Below are positions 50,501 through 62,364 of a stretch of 64,000 nucleotides of DNA, piece by piece (the first letter of the stretch is position 1; every line of letters begins with the position of its first letter). Position numbers and translations under genes: made by a program. Location: the NCBI GenBank assembly GCA_045837725.1, contig JBEWZL010000077.1:558001-622000 (forward strand). Reading direction: 5' to 3'. This stretch comes from Vermamoeba vermiformis (lineage: Eukaryota). The notes under the pieces are model-generated. The model had not been told where the DNA came from and ran no database searches. It was given only the letters and a program-made list of their open reading frames with translations.

Positions 50501-51456
50501 TAGCAACCTTTTCTGCGTGGGTCTTTGCCTTCTCGTTGACCTTATTCATGTAGCGATAGAGCATTCGAGGAGCTTGGCGAGACTTGAGTACAAGTTCGAC
50601 ATATTCAGCCAACAAAGGCACGTCGAACCAGTTCTTGGTCACACCGAGGAGTGTGTTTCCGACACTGATAGCATCGTGATCCGACTCCAAGATTGCAAGG
50701 CCGTCGTGGTCCTTGGGAAGCTTTTTAATGTCTTCCAGGAGCTGAGTGAAAATCTGCACCAATTCAGGGATGGACAACCACTGCTTGTGCAAGATGTCAA
50801 ACAAAACAAGCGAGTAAGAGAGGTCGCTGCGCCAATTGGGCTTGACTGCCTTCACTCTATCTTCGTAGGCCTTGTAGAATTGTTGCACAAACTTGTTGGC
50901 GACTTCAGGCTTCTTCTTCATCTTTGCCTTCATATCATTCAAACCAGAACTGCCGTTGTGCATGTTAACTCTGAATTCTTCTGCAGCGCGTTTTTCACCC
51001 TTTCGGAAAACGATAACTCTCCATTGAAGCTCTACACCGAAGTTGAACAGAGCGTCGTCAGTACCAGCTCCTTTAGTAATGGCAGCGAAGCTGAGCTGAC
51101 TGAACTTAGAAAGAAGAGGGTGGTTGACAAACTCGGAGAAGGTAGTGTCTTTGTCCAAGTCAGGAGCTTCCAACGTGTCCTTTAAGAGATCGAGCCATAC
51201 GTTGAATTGCTCTTCGCCAGTTCCATCCTTCAACCAGGTGTCATTCCAACCGTTGGCGTGAGACACAAGAGTTTGCAAGCCATGGCCGCGCATTTCTGAG
51301 TTCTCGTTCTTCAGCTTTTTCTTGATGAATTGCAGAGTTCTGGTCATTTGAGGGATTGATCCGGAGAAGATCGTACACTTGACGAGGGTTTCGATAGCTT
51401 CCTTGCGATCTTCAGAGTTGTTGCTGTCGGCAGCTTTTAAGTAATGTAACAGGCTA
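47534..51456 (-). CDS. Large, probably alpha-helical solenoid (HEAT/ARM-like) protein with an RG/RGG-rich insert; 5' end not found
   Basis: About 3.5-kb uninterrupted exon with marked codon bias, a GTAAGT..TTTAG intron at ~47903-47954, and a last exon ending at 47534; no ATG start recognisable before the neighbouring gene. Confidence 0.7.
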
Positions 51457-51662
51457 TCTTCGAAAATTATGCACGAAAATTCATTGCGCTGGTCAAGGAG
51501 AAAAAGATGAACACCGCTTCTCTCCTCAGCTTCTTCGGTTACAGTTCTAAGTTGTATTAAATAACTAAGTATATTATATATGAACAAAAGCACTTTAAAT
51601 TTGAATCGCTCACAACTGACAATTTAAATCCGTTATTAAATTCTAACCACAAATCGGATCTA

Positions 51663-53908
51663 GGTTACTTGCAGCAACGGAATCTTTTGCGATGGTCTTG
51701 AGCGCTACGTTAAAGGCCAGTGCGTCTCTGGAGCTCCTCCCTGTGACGATTCTTTCGACTGCACTACAGACATCTGCCACGAATCCAACCATACTTGCTC
51801 GAGAGTCGTGACGGACCTAGTTAATTGCGAACGATGTTTGAACGACAATAACGGATGTGTTGGAAATTGCACAGGTCTTACTTGTGGTGACGACGGATGT
51901 GGCGGCTCGTGCGGTACTTGCACTTACTCACTCGTGTGCGGCAATGAGGGCTCTTGCATCCAATACTCAACTCTTGAAGGTACGTTCTATCTACTATCAA
52001 TCTATTTAAGCTGTCATTCCAAAATTAGGACATTAGAGGTTTAAACGAGATTAAAAATAGCTTGATTTTCTTGCCAATAATTTTACTATATACTTGATTA
52101 TCATTTTAAAGATTTAAGGTGCTTTATTATCGTTTTTAAAGATTGAAAGTGCATACTCCAGTATGACAACACTAAAATTTTAATTTTGGAGATTGTATCA
52201 CTCATACGTCTATTTTTAGCAACTTGCCTCAATCCTCTTCCGCTGTTCAAGAACGATCAAATTGTCTATGGCTTCTCTACCGTAACTGGAGATACTTCTA
52301 TTGGCGTTCACGTTTACACTCCGAAATGTAACACCGCATCCACTGCTCGCGAACAGGTAAGACCTTAGAACCTTATTACTAGTAATTTATTATATAATTG
52401 CAAAATATAGGTATTATTTTAGCGGTTATTATATTAACTAATGTCTATTGTTGTACTTAGTTCTACACGTTTACTGTGCCTGCAGGCAAGACGGTTGGAG
52501 TTGACATTCGATCAATTGGCTACGACACTGTGCTGGAACTGACCAAGACCTTGTGCGGAGGTCACAGCGACGATCAATTTATCAAGTGTTCCGACGACGC
52601 CACGCCTCCGAGCAACTTAGGTACGGGTAGATCCGGTCACTTTTGGTCGATCCATAGATTTTAATTTTGCTCGCGAGACTAACGAATGTGTTTACAGGCT
52701 CGAGAGTGTCAGCGCTATTGACTGAAGGCACGTACTACGTCATGGTGGACGGCTACAGCGGTGTCGACTTTGGTCCCTTCACATTGGAGTTGAGATTCCG
52801 AGACGGCTGTGCACCTTCATGTGAGGGTCGTTTCTGCGGTTCAGATGGCTGTGGCGGTACTTGCGGCGAATGTGGTGCAGACGAATCGTGCAGCGGCTTC
52901 AACAGATGTTTGGCTAACAACTGCCAGCCTATTTGCAACGCTACAGTTGTGTGCGGCGATGACGGCTGTGAAGGTGATTGTGGCACGTGCAACACGAATG
53001 CAGGTGAGCTGTGCGTCTTCGACACTCGTTCGTGCAAGATGTTCCCGATCTGCGATCACATGCGACCTGTTTGCAGCGACTGCACGGCCTCACAGTACTG
53101 CGGATCCGATTGTCAATGTTACGACGTCAACTCTGCTATCCCCGATTTGGTCATCAATGCCGATAAACTCCGCTCGGAGATTATCTTCGAATCCAAGACC
53201 TTCGACAACGCGTCTTGTGCCGTCTATGAAAAGTGCGTTGATGGCTTGGGCGAGCGTCGCTTGATGAGATTCACGGTTGAAGTGATCAACCAGGGCTTGG
53301 GTGCATTGACTGCGCCTCCTCCCGGCACCAACCCTCAATTGTTCCAATGGTCACCGTGCCACGGTCATTTCCACTTCACCAAATTCGCCGAATATTACTT
53401 GCTTAGCAGCGATGGCACAGTCGTCAAATCTGGCCGCAAGCAAGCGTACTGCATGTTGGACTCTCATATGATACTCGAAGGTCCTAATGTGCCTTGCAAG
53501 GGTAAGTACAGTGAACTCTGGATCCTTTACCAATTATTTTTTGGCGGGAATTTTTCAGTGAACGAATGCTAACGAGTTATGGTAGGTCCTTATTCTTGTT
53601 CTGAACAAGGAGTTAGCTCTGGTTGGTCTGATGTCTACGGCAATGACTTGGACTGTCAATGGTTGGACGTCACTGGCATCACGCCCGGAGATTATCAACT
53701 GTACATTGCAGTTAACAACGAGCGATTGTTCCACGAGATGTCGTTCGAGAACAACGAAGCAATTATTCCGATCACTTTGACGGCAGATCAATTGGCCTAC
53801 AAACCGACCCCGATCTCTACCTTAACCCCTGTTGCAAAGACTAGTGGGGCTAGTGTCATTGGCGTCATTTCTGTAGTTCTTATCGGCACTCTATTGTCTA
53901 TGATGTAA
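51663..53908 (+). CDS. Lysyl oxidase-domain protein with Cys-rich repeats, PPC-like beta domain and GPI/TM tail; 5' end not found
   Basis: RRLMRFTV, WSPCHGHFH (Cu-binding His), GRKQAYC (LTQ Lys), GWSDVY (LTQ Tyr), CQWLDVT and EMSFENN; CGDDGCGGSCGTC-type repeats; CDDSFDCTTDIC; GTYYVMVDGY; hydrophobic C-terminus. Confidence 0.85.
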
Positions 53909-54021
53909 ATTGAACGATAATAATAGACAGATAAACTTTTTATTACTCCAGTTCAAGCTCGTTCGTTTGATGTTTGTCCAATCTCGATCATTATAAATTT
54001 TGTTAGGCCATGGTTATTCCG

Positions 54022-55130
54022 TTAATTCTTTGCTTTTTGTACAAGATGGCTCTTGCCGTTGATTCTGACAATTCTCATTTTACACAACGATGTCAGATCT
54101 CTCACATCCGAGTGCATCAATATCGTCTCAGCAATGTGATTGAAGCCTGGCACACCTCCACATACAAAGTGTTTGAATATGCGAAGCCATATCTCCAATG
54201 GAAACATGTCGAATGCATCTGAACGTGCGATCTGGATCAACATTGTGATAGCTTTGATTATAAGGTCCTGCCGACATCGCTTATTCTTGTCTTGAAGATC
54301 CAATATCTCTTGGTGCATCTCGTAAGGCACGCACTTGTCTCGCGATAAAACGAGATCTGTCAACGAATCATTCTTTTTCAGTCCTTCGATTAGTGCTTTA
54401 TATCCTTCAACTTTAATGTCTTGGCCACTGATATCAAGATGCAATAAGCATTGGTTGGTCTTAATTGCCTTACTTAAGTATCGACAGCCTTCGTCATCGA
54501 CTTTGCATTCTTTCAAGTTGAGCCGGATCAACGTTTTGTCAAATTTCAGACCTTCCGCGAGAAATTTGCATCCTGATGCGCCAACACTATTTAAAGTTTT
54601 GGACTCGCTGCATCACAATAAGACATTAACACAGCTAGATTTTTGGGATAACAGACTCACCGGCGCTATTCAACCAACAGTGGCAGCATTATTAAATGTC
54701 AACGAGTCTTTGACCGAGATCGATCTGTCGCAAGCAAACATTCATCCAAATCTGCTTGGACCAGCGTTGAAAAACAACAAATCAATTACGTCATTAAGTT
54801 TATTTTTAAAATGGCAACCAGATCCGATCCAAATTTATTGCCGGTAATATCAAGCTTTGTAAGGGTCTGATTATGTCTTAAAGTTTCTGCTAATAATTCC
54901 ACTTCAACTGATGTTATTTGACATTCGTTGTATCGATATTGTCTGAGCGCGAGTGACAGATCTGTTATTGACGAGTTTTCTTTAAAAGCTTTTAATATCG
55001 GAGTTAACAACTCTCTTCGCCAAATTCTACTTCTTTGTATATGCATTTTTTTGATTTTGTTCGCTTTAATTATATCCACGAGTGTCAGATCTGTAACGAA
55101 TTGCGAATATCGTTGGAACGATATTGCGCA
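54022..55130 (-). pseudogene. RNI-like LRR gene copy disrupted by an internal inversion and a 5-bp duplication; C-terminal F-box-like motif
   Basis: LRR residues collinear with the 56585 gene, but segment 54590-54810 reads on the plus strand; tail DMFPLEIWLRIFKHF. Confidence 0.7.
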
Positions 55131-55194
55131 TCGTTAGGGAAATGTCCCTTTCGATAACATAAATAGCGCTGTAATCCTCGTAATAAACGTCTTC

Positions 55195-56585
55195 TTATCC
55201 TACTCCTTGTCTTACAATCATTTCAAGATCTGTCAACGAATCATTCTCTTTCATTCCTTCGATCAGTGCTTTATATCCTTTAGTTTTGATAGGCAGACCA
55301 CTAATATCAAGACGCAGAAGGCATGGGTTATATTTAATAGCCTCTGCTAAATACTGACATGCGTCATCGTTGATCTGACAGTCGCTAATTTTGACGCGTC
55401 AATCAGCGTCTTGTTGAACTTCAATCCTTCAGCGAGATATTTGCAGCCTTCAGGACCGAACGGATTCATGAACATACTGAGCTCTGTGATCGATCGATTC
55501 TTTTTCAGGGCTAATCCAATCAATTTGCAGCCTTCCGCGTTGATCGAAGACTTCGGCAGATCGATCTGGGTCAATGACTCGTTGACACTTAATAACAATC
55601 CTAATGATCCACAAATATCATTATTTAGGTTATTATCCCAAAATTTGAGGTCTGTTAACGTTGTATTGTGTTGTAGCGAGTCTAAAATTATTGACATGGA
55701 TTCGGATCCGAGTCCGTTGCCGTTCAGATTGAGCTTTGTAAGAGATTGGTGCGCTTTTAATACTTCAGATAGGGCCTCACATTCTATTTTACTGATAAAA
55801 CTGCTTCTTGGCGGGAATTGAAGATCTGTCAATGACGTATTTTCTTTGAGTGCTTCAAATAACGGCAATAACTCGGTGCCTGAACGGCTTCGTCGTTCAA
55901 TAAGATTTAATTTCTTCAATAAATTATATTTGACTAATATTCCAACTGATTTCATCGCTTCGCTGGAGCAGATGCCGAATTCCGGAAAAATGAAATTTTT
56001 GATATTGGTGTTTCCATTAATTGCTTCTAATAATGCTGACATGTGTTCTGGTTTGTAACTCAATGATGGAATACTTAATTTGGTCAATGACTTGCTATTT
56101 TTAATCCCGTTTATGAAACAGTCAAAACTCGAATCGGTTGTCATGTAAGATCCGTCCCGAATACCGCCTAAACTTAACTGCGTTAAAGTTGCGTTGTGTT
56201 GTAACATATCGCCTAGTCGAATTAATATATTGGTCAAGTCTCCACCAGTGTGTAGTCGAGAAAATTGGAGCTGAAGCGCTTGAACGGATTTGTTGGTTTT
56301 TAGAGCCTCGGTGATAGGATTGATGATTTTATGCGCCTCGCATGTTAATGTATTAATGTTGTTGTTTTTAGCAAGCAATTGAGCGAATAGCTCGTAATCT
56401 TCCTCGTTTAAATTAACATTACTGCCTTGAATTTTGCTTTTCTCCGTCAATTCCATAAATACCCACAATACGTCAGTATTTGCCGGGATTTTTATAGTTG
56501 GATTATTTTCGGATTTTAAAGCTGAATTATTTGCTGTTTGGGTCAATTTCTCCAATTTTTTTTGCTTGCGTGCTGCTTTTCGCAT
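55195..56585 (-). pseudogene. RNI-like (NLRC3/CARMIL-type repeat) LRR gene with a frameshift
   Basis: ALKxNxSLTxL repeats; the frame breaks at ~55395 and LRR sequence (KISDCQINDDACQYLAEAIKYN..ENDSLTDL) continues in another frame to a stop at 55195. Confidence 0.65.
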
Positions 56586-56811
56586 CTGGATCTCAACTTT
56601 TATTCTAATAAATATTAACTATTAACTATAATATTAACAGTAGCCACAATTTTCGTACTCGATGTGGTCTTTGTTTTCAAATAGAAAATAAAACCGCCAA
56701 AATTCTTGTTCAGATTTTTGACATTCTAGCGTGCCCTTAGATCCATTTCAATCTAAAAATACTGTTTATAATTTACAATTAATAATGAGCCAAACCATTG
56801 CTATGAGCAGA

Positions 56812-59800
56812 TTATTCTCGCAACGTGACGTCCAGTTGATCCAAATCTCGTAAAATCGAAACGTGCTTTTCTTTCAACGTGACGCCTTTGAGTTCTAATG
56901 CTAGCACTGTCTTATTAATAGCTTTGCTTGCAGCATCAAGCCTAAAAAAACTGCATTAGATCCGGATCTAATAAACTCAAGAGGTCCCCAAAACTTACAG
57001 CAGATCCAAAGTGAAAGGCTTAGTTAATACTACAAAGTCGTTATCTTGAGGGTTCTTTTTGTTGATAATCACAAGTCGGATCTCGTCTTTGTCTTTTTCG
57101 CTGCTCTCTTCGTCCTTGCCGTTATTATGGTGACCTAACAGCGCTGAAGCAGACTCGCTTAGTGCATTATAACTATATGGTCCATCAAAATGTTGTTGGC
57201 GTAGTCTCTCGCGATCAATTTGTTCTAGAAACAAAAAAGGTTAGAGATCCGTTTACAATTTCCTTTTTTGGAAATTCCGCTACACGAAGTTCTATCTGAA
57301 TAATTACCTAATAAGTTCGTCGCTGAGATTGATTTCCTAAAGTCCTTATTCTTTTCAGGCTTAGACTCTTTTCTCGGCGAGTCTCGTGGAGAAACAGGTT
57401 TTTCGATCGAGATCAGATCCTTTAAACTCTTGCCAATTTTTCGCATCGACGGTGTTCTTCGTGTCTTCGACTTCTTGCCTTTATAGTAATTCTTAAATAT
57501 GTCCTTAATAAGCGTTTGTCTCGTTCTTTCGGTCTTTTCTTTGAACGGCGGCGCGTACATTGAAGCTCTTTCAGCATTAATCACTTAAATAATAAAATTA
57601 ATAAAATATTACGGATAGTATATCAATGTTACGTACGTTTTGATAATAGGAAGTCTGAAAATGCCGAGTTGTGCTCAAAGACAGGCGGATCTGGCAAGAA
57701 CGGAGAATAAGGAGGAACATCCTGTTTGTTGGCAATAGCGACTCTATATTTAACTTTATCGCCTTCCGTGAATGGTTCAATCACGATGAAAACATCTGCA
57801 AATAAAAAAGGTCAATCGTCATCCAAACTTAATGTGGCTCTCTCTTCGCGAAGTGTCCAAGTGTCAAAATGTCATATTGTGTCACTTACGATTGAAATGC
57901 GATTTGATGCAGGTAGGATCAAACTTTTGCGAGCCCTCTTTGAACACAATTACAGCGACATCATTGCCCAAATGTCGTTTTCGTTCAATTTGTTGCGGGT
58001 CATCCGTCGAGTACGGCAACAAAGTTGACACGTGGAACATGATCTCGAAGCCGTTGTACTCTTGATATATCGAGTACTTGCCGGTGGTGTCAGCTGCAAA
58101 TATTTGCAGGTTAATATTGATTTCAGTGAACGGAGTTTTGGTAGGTCAAAGTTGGTCAAACGCAAAACACTTACTTTGCACGTCCAAGCCACCACGGAAC
58201 TTGTCAAAGCCTTTCAACTCAATCTTTGCACCCAATAGTGTCAAAAAGTTCGAAAACTCCTGGCTCTCCTCGCCTACAAGACATTCGTTAGCGGATCCGA
58301 CCGAAAGTGAAATTTCCAAATGTTACTTACGATTGCAAAACATGTCGTTTTCGTCGGTTTGTCCAGGAGTCACGTACAAAACACCAAATTTGTATTGCGT
58401 GAAAATATCAAGTGCCTCAAACATATTAATTTCTTCGGTCATCGGTTCGTTGATCTAAAAGAATACAAAATTAGCCCATATTTCCTAATTGGGTAATATT
58501 GTATTTAACGCACCTTCAGAATGCGCCAATCAGCGAGTTCTTCTTTCTCTTTGATCAAGCCTTGTTTTTGCAGAATATAATACAACATTTCTTTTTCGCT
58601 GTAATAGCTTGGCACCGTCGTCCTTACGAGACCCTATATAACCAATCATCAGTATATATATAACTTTGATATTGATAAAGAAAAGTTGTGGATCTGTTGC
58701 TGGAGTGATTTTCCAAAAATGGAAAATTTCAATCGTGCGTACCTGTTTAGTCATAAACAACACTTTAGCGGTATCTTGAATGACTTCAGTATTTGTCGTT
58801 AAATTCGGTGAGCTCGGCGGTGAAGTCAATGGCGGTTGATCGTTCGGCAAAATTGAAATAATAAACGCCGTGTCATCAGTTTCATCGTGCATTTTTTCTC
58901 CCAAATAATTCATGTGCTCTAAAGACAGGTCCATTAGTATTAATTAGTACTTATTCATTTGCTCTCGCCCTCAAATTCGAATTTCCAGACCAGCGGAGGT
59001 CTCAAAATTCCAAAAAAGGAAATATCAGAAATTTTGTCGAGAGCTAAGATTGCAAAGATTTAAATTGAAAATCATAATTATTATATCTCTTATTAATATG
59101 TCAATAGGCCTACCTTTGTCTTGGAAGTACTGTCTATAAACCATTGTTTCTTCTTCGAGATCTTCAATTTCTGGTACGGGAGTGTTATAACAAACTCCGT
59201 TTCTTCCAAGCTCGAAATTCCACTCTTGAATATCACACTTAACTGGAGTGTTCTTTTTCAGGTCGCTATTTTCAGCCTAAACAAAAAATTTGTCAGTTGC
59301 AGATCCGCATCTAGATCCAACACTGAAACGGTTATAATATATCACTTGACCCTTGCAAATATATATATCGATAGTAGGTGGGTAGCTTAATAATATACTT
59401 ACAAATACATTGACCCAGGTTCGCTTGGCAATGGCACGCGGCCTCGTAGACCACGTGTCAATCGGATGTTTTTTAACGAACTCTCGTGAGACCTATATTC
59501 AATTAGAACGATACAGTATACTACCATATATATTATATTATATTATATTATGTATAATTAGTCATTTTGACTTACCGAGAAAGCAGCGTTCCAATCGGGC
59601 AGATCTCCCGCAAAACTGCTGGTGAATTCGTAAATGAATGCATCGTCGCTGGAAATAAATATTCCTCCTAATTGCCTAAATATTATTGAATCGTTAATAT
59701 ATCAATATAAACATAACAATCTATGTTAAATTATAGGCACCGAAATTCGGATGCGATCCGATTTTTTTTCCGTTTTAATTTCGCATTCAAGTTTTAGATT

Positions 59801-61969
59801 ATAGGGCACTATTAAATATCAATACTATATTAAATATACCGTCATAACTTACGTAAAATCGCCGTTGAACTCGCCCATTTTGTAATTCTTTCCGAACACT
59901 TTTTTCGCGGCTTCTTTGCTGCTCGCATTCAAGACGTACTTTGCACCTCGTTTGCAGTTCGCAGCGCGGTATAAATCTTGTTTGCTGTCAACGTAAATTG
60001 TTCCGCTGTATCCCGTTGATTTTTTGAAATTAGCTGCCTCTTGTGGCGTGCCCATTCCAACGACAATAATTTGAATACCACTAATGTATACGTGTTAATA
60101 AGATTATAAAACATTAAGAGAATATAAAAATTTAATTAGAAATTATTATTGGACTAAAAAAAAAAATCGATGCAGATCTTTTGCGATCCAGATCTGTCAT
60201 TAAACGAATATAAATTGTCGCTTAAAGCTATTATAATAAATACTATCAATATGGCTATAATATTAACCGCTATCAAAAATAATTTGAGCGTCACTTACAG
60301 TTTATCGAACAAGTTTTTCTTTTCTTTCAGGATATCGATCATTTGTTGCGAGAAAATGCTGCAAAGTAAATTAATAAATTAAATAACAATGAAGCCAATT
60401 ATTAACTGATATTTACCATCCAAAATGTCGCAATAGAACGACCATGACGACTTTGTTTTCTAAAATTCGTTGAAAAGAAAAAGCTCTGCCATCAATAGTT
60501 CTCAACGTGATATATTTAAGATCTAAATAGATTATATTAGTAAATTTAGCACTTAAATATCTTTTTCTAGCGATAAATTGGTTATTGAAAGATCCGCAAT
60601 AAAAATGCAATTCATCGATAAGATCCTAATAAATTGTGTATTAAAATTAATATCCGCGTACCAGGAGAGTCAATATGCTCTAATTCTTCGTCGGTTATAT
60701 CGCTGTCGGGCACTAAATCGTAAATTCGGCCGTTAGATCCGAAAAAGAAAATAGTTTCTATCGTTTAGTGATCGTACCAAATGTAGCTAAGGTAGAGTCC
60801 TTTTTCCATTCTTTGACGCGGTCTTTAATCGTTTTAGCTGCCTCTTTAATTTTTGAAAATCCATCGCGCCATTGTTCCTAAAAATAGAAATTAACGTTAT
60901 AACTCGGTAGTTAACAACGTATAGTATTCTTATCGTGATATATATGCCCATTATAATTATACATAGCGATTTTTACTCACCAATTCCTTCGCGCCGCGTC
61001 CATACAATTGAATAATTTTTTTGCTCTTAGTTTTGATTGTGATCGTAGGAAAAGGCTTATCCTAAATTAATTATAATATTAGGACCCATATTGTACGAGG
61101 GAATCATATTTTTGATGTCAATTGAAAAATTATACTCGTGAACGACTATTTTTGGATGCGCATCTAAAAAAAGCATTTAATGCAATTAATAAGCCTTAAA
61201 TGATATTTGCAATATTTTTGCGTATAATTTTTCTCGAAAATAGCGAGATAAATAAGGTGATTCAATTCTCGCAGTCCGATCAAAAAAATTTTAGATCACA
61301 GGACTGCAATTCCATAGCGGGTAATTCAAATTTTTCGTGTGAATTACAAAAAATACTCGATATTTAGCAGGTAGATCATAAATACAGCGACTAAATTGTA
61401 CTAAGCCCGCGCATCCGTTAAATTTTGGCAATGAATGGTATCTTTCATCAATTGATTCATTAATTGTAAAATAGGTAATAAAATTACTACGCCATTAAAT
61501 AAATAATATTTAATAATCAAATTATAGCATTATTGATTGCGTTAATTCGAAGAACTTACGGTATAATCTACGTGCGCTCCTTCCAACGGGATGCAGGCTT
61601 TTAATTTCGCAGCTTTCATGCCTCGCCATGATTCATCACTCCAAGCACATAGATATTCATTATCCTCTAATGTGTACCATGAAAGCTTGTCGTCTTTTGG
61701 ATTTCCCGTTTCAGCCTTGCGCGCAATCCAGCCTTCTTTGACAATAGATTGTCTGCGCACCTAAATTAAATATGTTAATATTATACGAGAATAAATAGTT
61801 GATTTTTAATAAGGCTCGCTGTAATTTCTTGAGCGGGCAAGTTCGGCACCGGCTAGATTTGCATTAAAATACAGCATTAAGTTATAAATTTGAGGTAGTA
61901 ATTTTATATTAATGGAGTCACTATTGTAGACCTCAATAATCGTACCTCTACAAAGCTGACTTCAGTCAT
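56812..61969 (-). CDS. PH + peroxiredoxin-like (AhpC/TSA_2, PRXL2-type) + RapGAP fusion protein
   Basis: Exon phases checked from ATG 61969 into the GAP domain: IVKEGWIARK..W (PH); VVLLRHFG|CIFS, IIVVGMG..F..IYVD..LY and QLGGIFI..GDLP (AhpC/TSA_2); YRQYFQDKEHMNYLG, YKFGVLY, RGGLD, EIMFHVST, RKRHLGND and KLINAERA (RapGAP). Confidence 0.85.
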
Positions 61970-62364
61970 CTCGTAACGGATCTATTCGCTATTCGCGGGC
62001 AAAATGGGAGCGTTTAAATACACGAGTAGATTTCCTATTGTGATTAATATGGCTCTCTATTGGTTTTTAGTGCGAACAATGAATTTGCATTAAAAATCAG
62101 CCGTCACTTTTCATGTCAATCACGAAACAGCGAGATTATTTTTAATTTCAATTCTTATAATAGACGCACATCACCTTCGCCTATCTGGCCAATCAAACCA
62201 TAATAATCGGGCTTGGACACGTCCAAATACTGATTGCCACATCGAATCCAGGAGAGCTTTACAAGTTTAGCCAGTATTCATTAAAAGATAAGTATTATTA
62301 ATTTGAGCGTGAGGTATTGCATTCATTGAAAATAACTTTGCAAAAATTTAGACTGATTTCATGT

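Noticed and set aside
48088-51185. Many plus-strand ORFs opposite the large gene, and similar antisense ORFs elsewhere
   Set aside because: Shadow ORFs from codon bias on the coding strand; no recognisable motifs.
60350-60430. Possible selenocysteine (UxxC) in the PRXL2-like domain
   Set aside because: The split codon is TG|C = Cys, not TGA.
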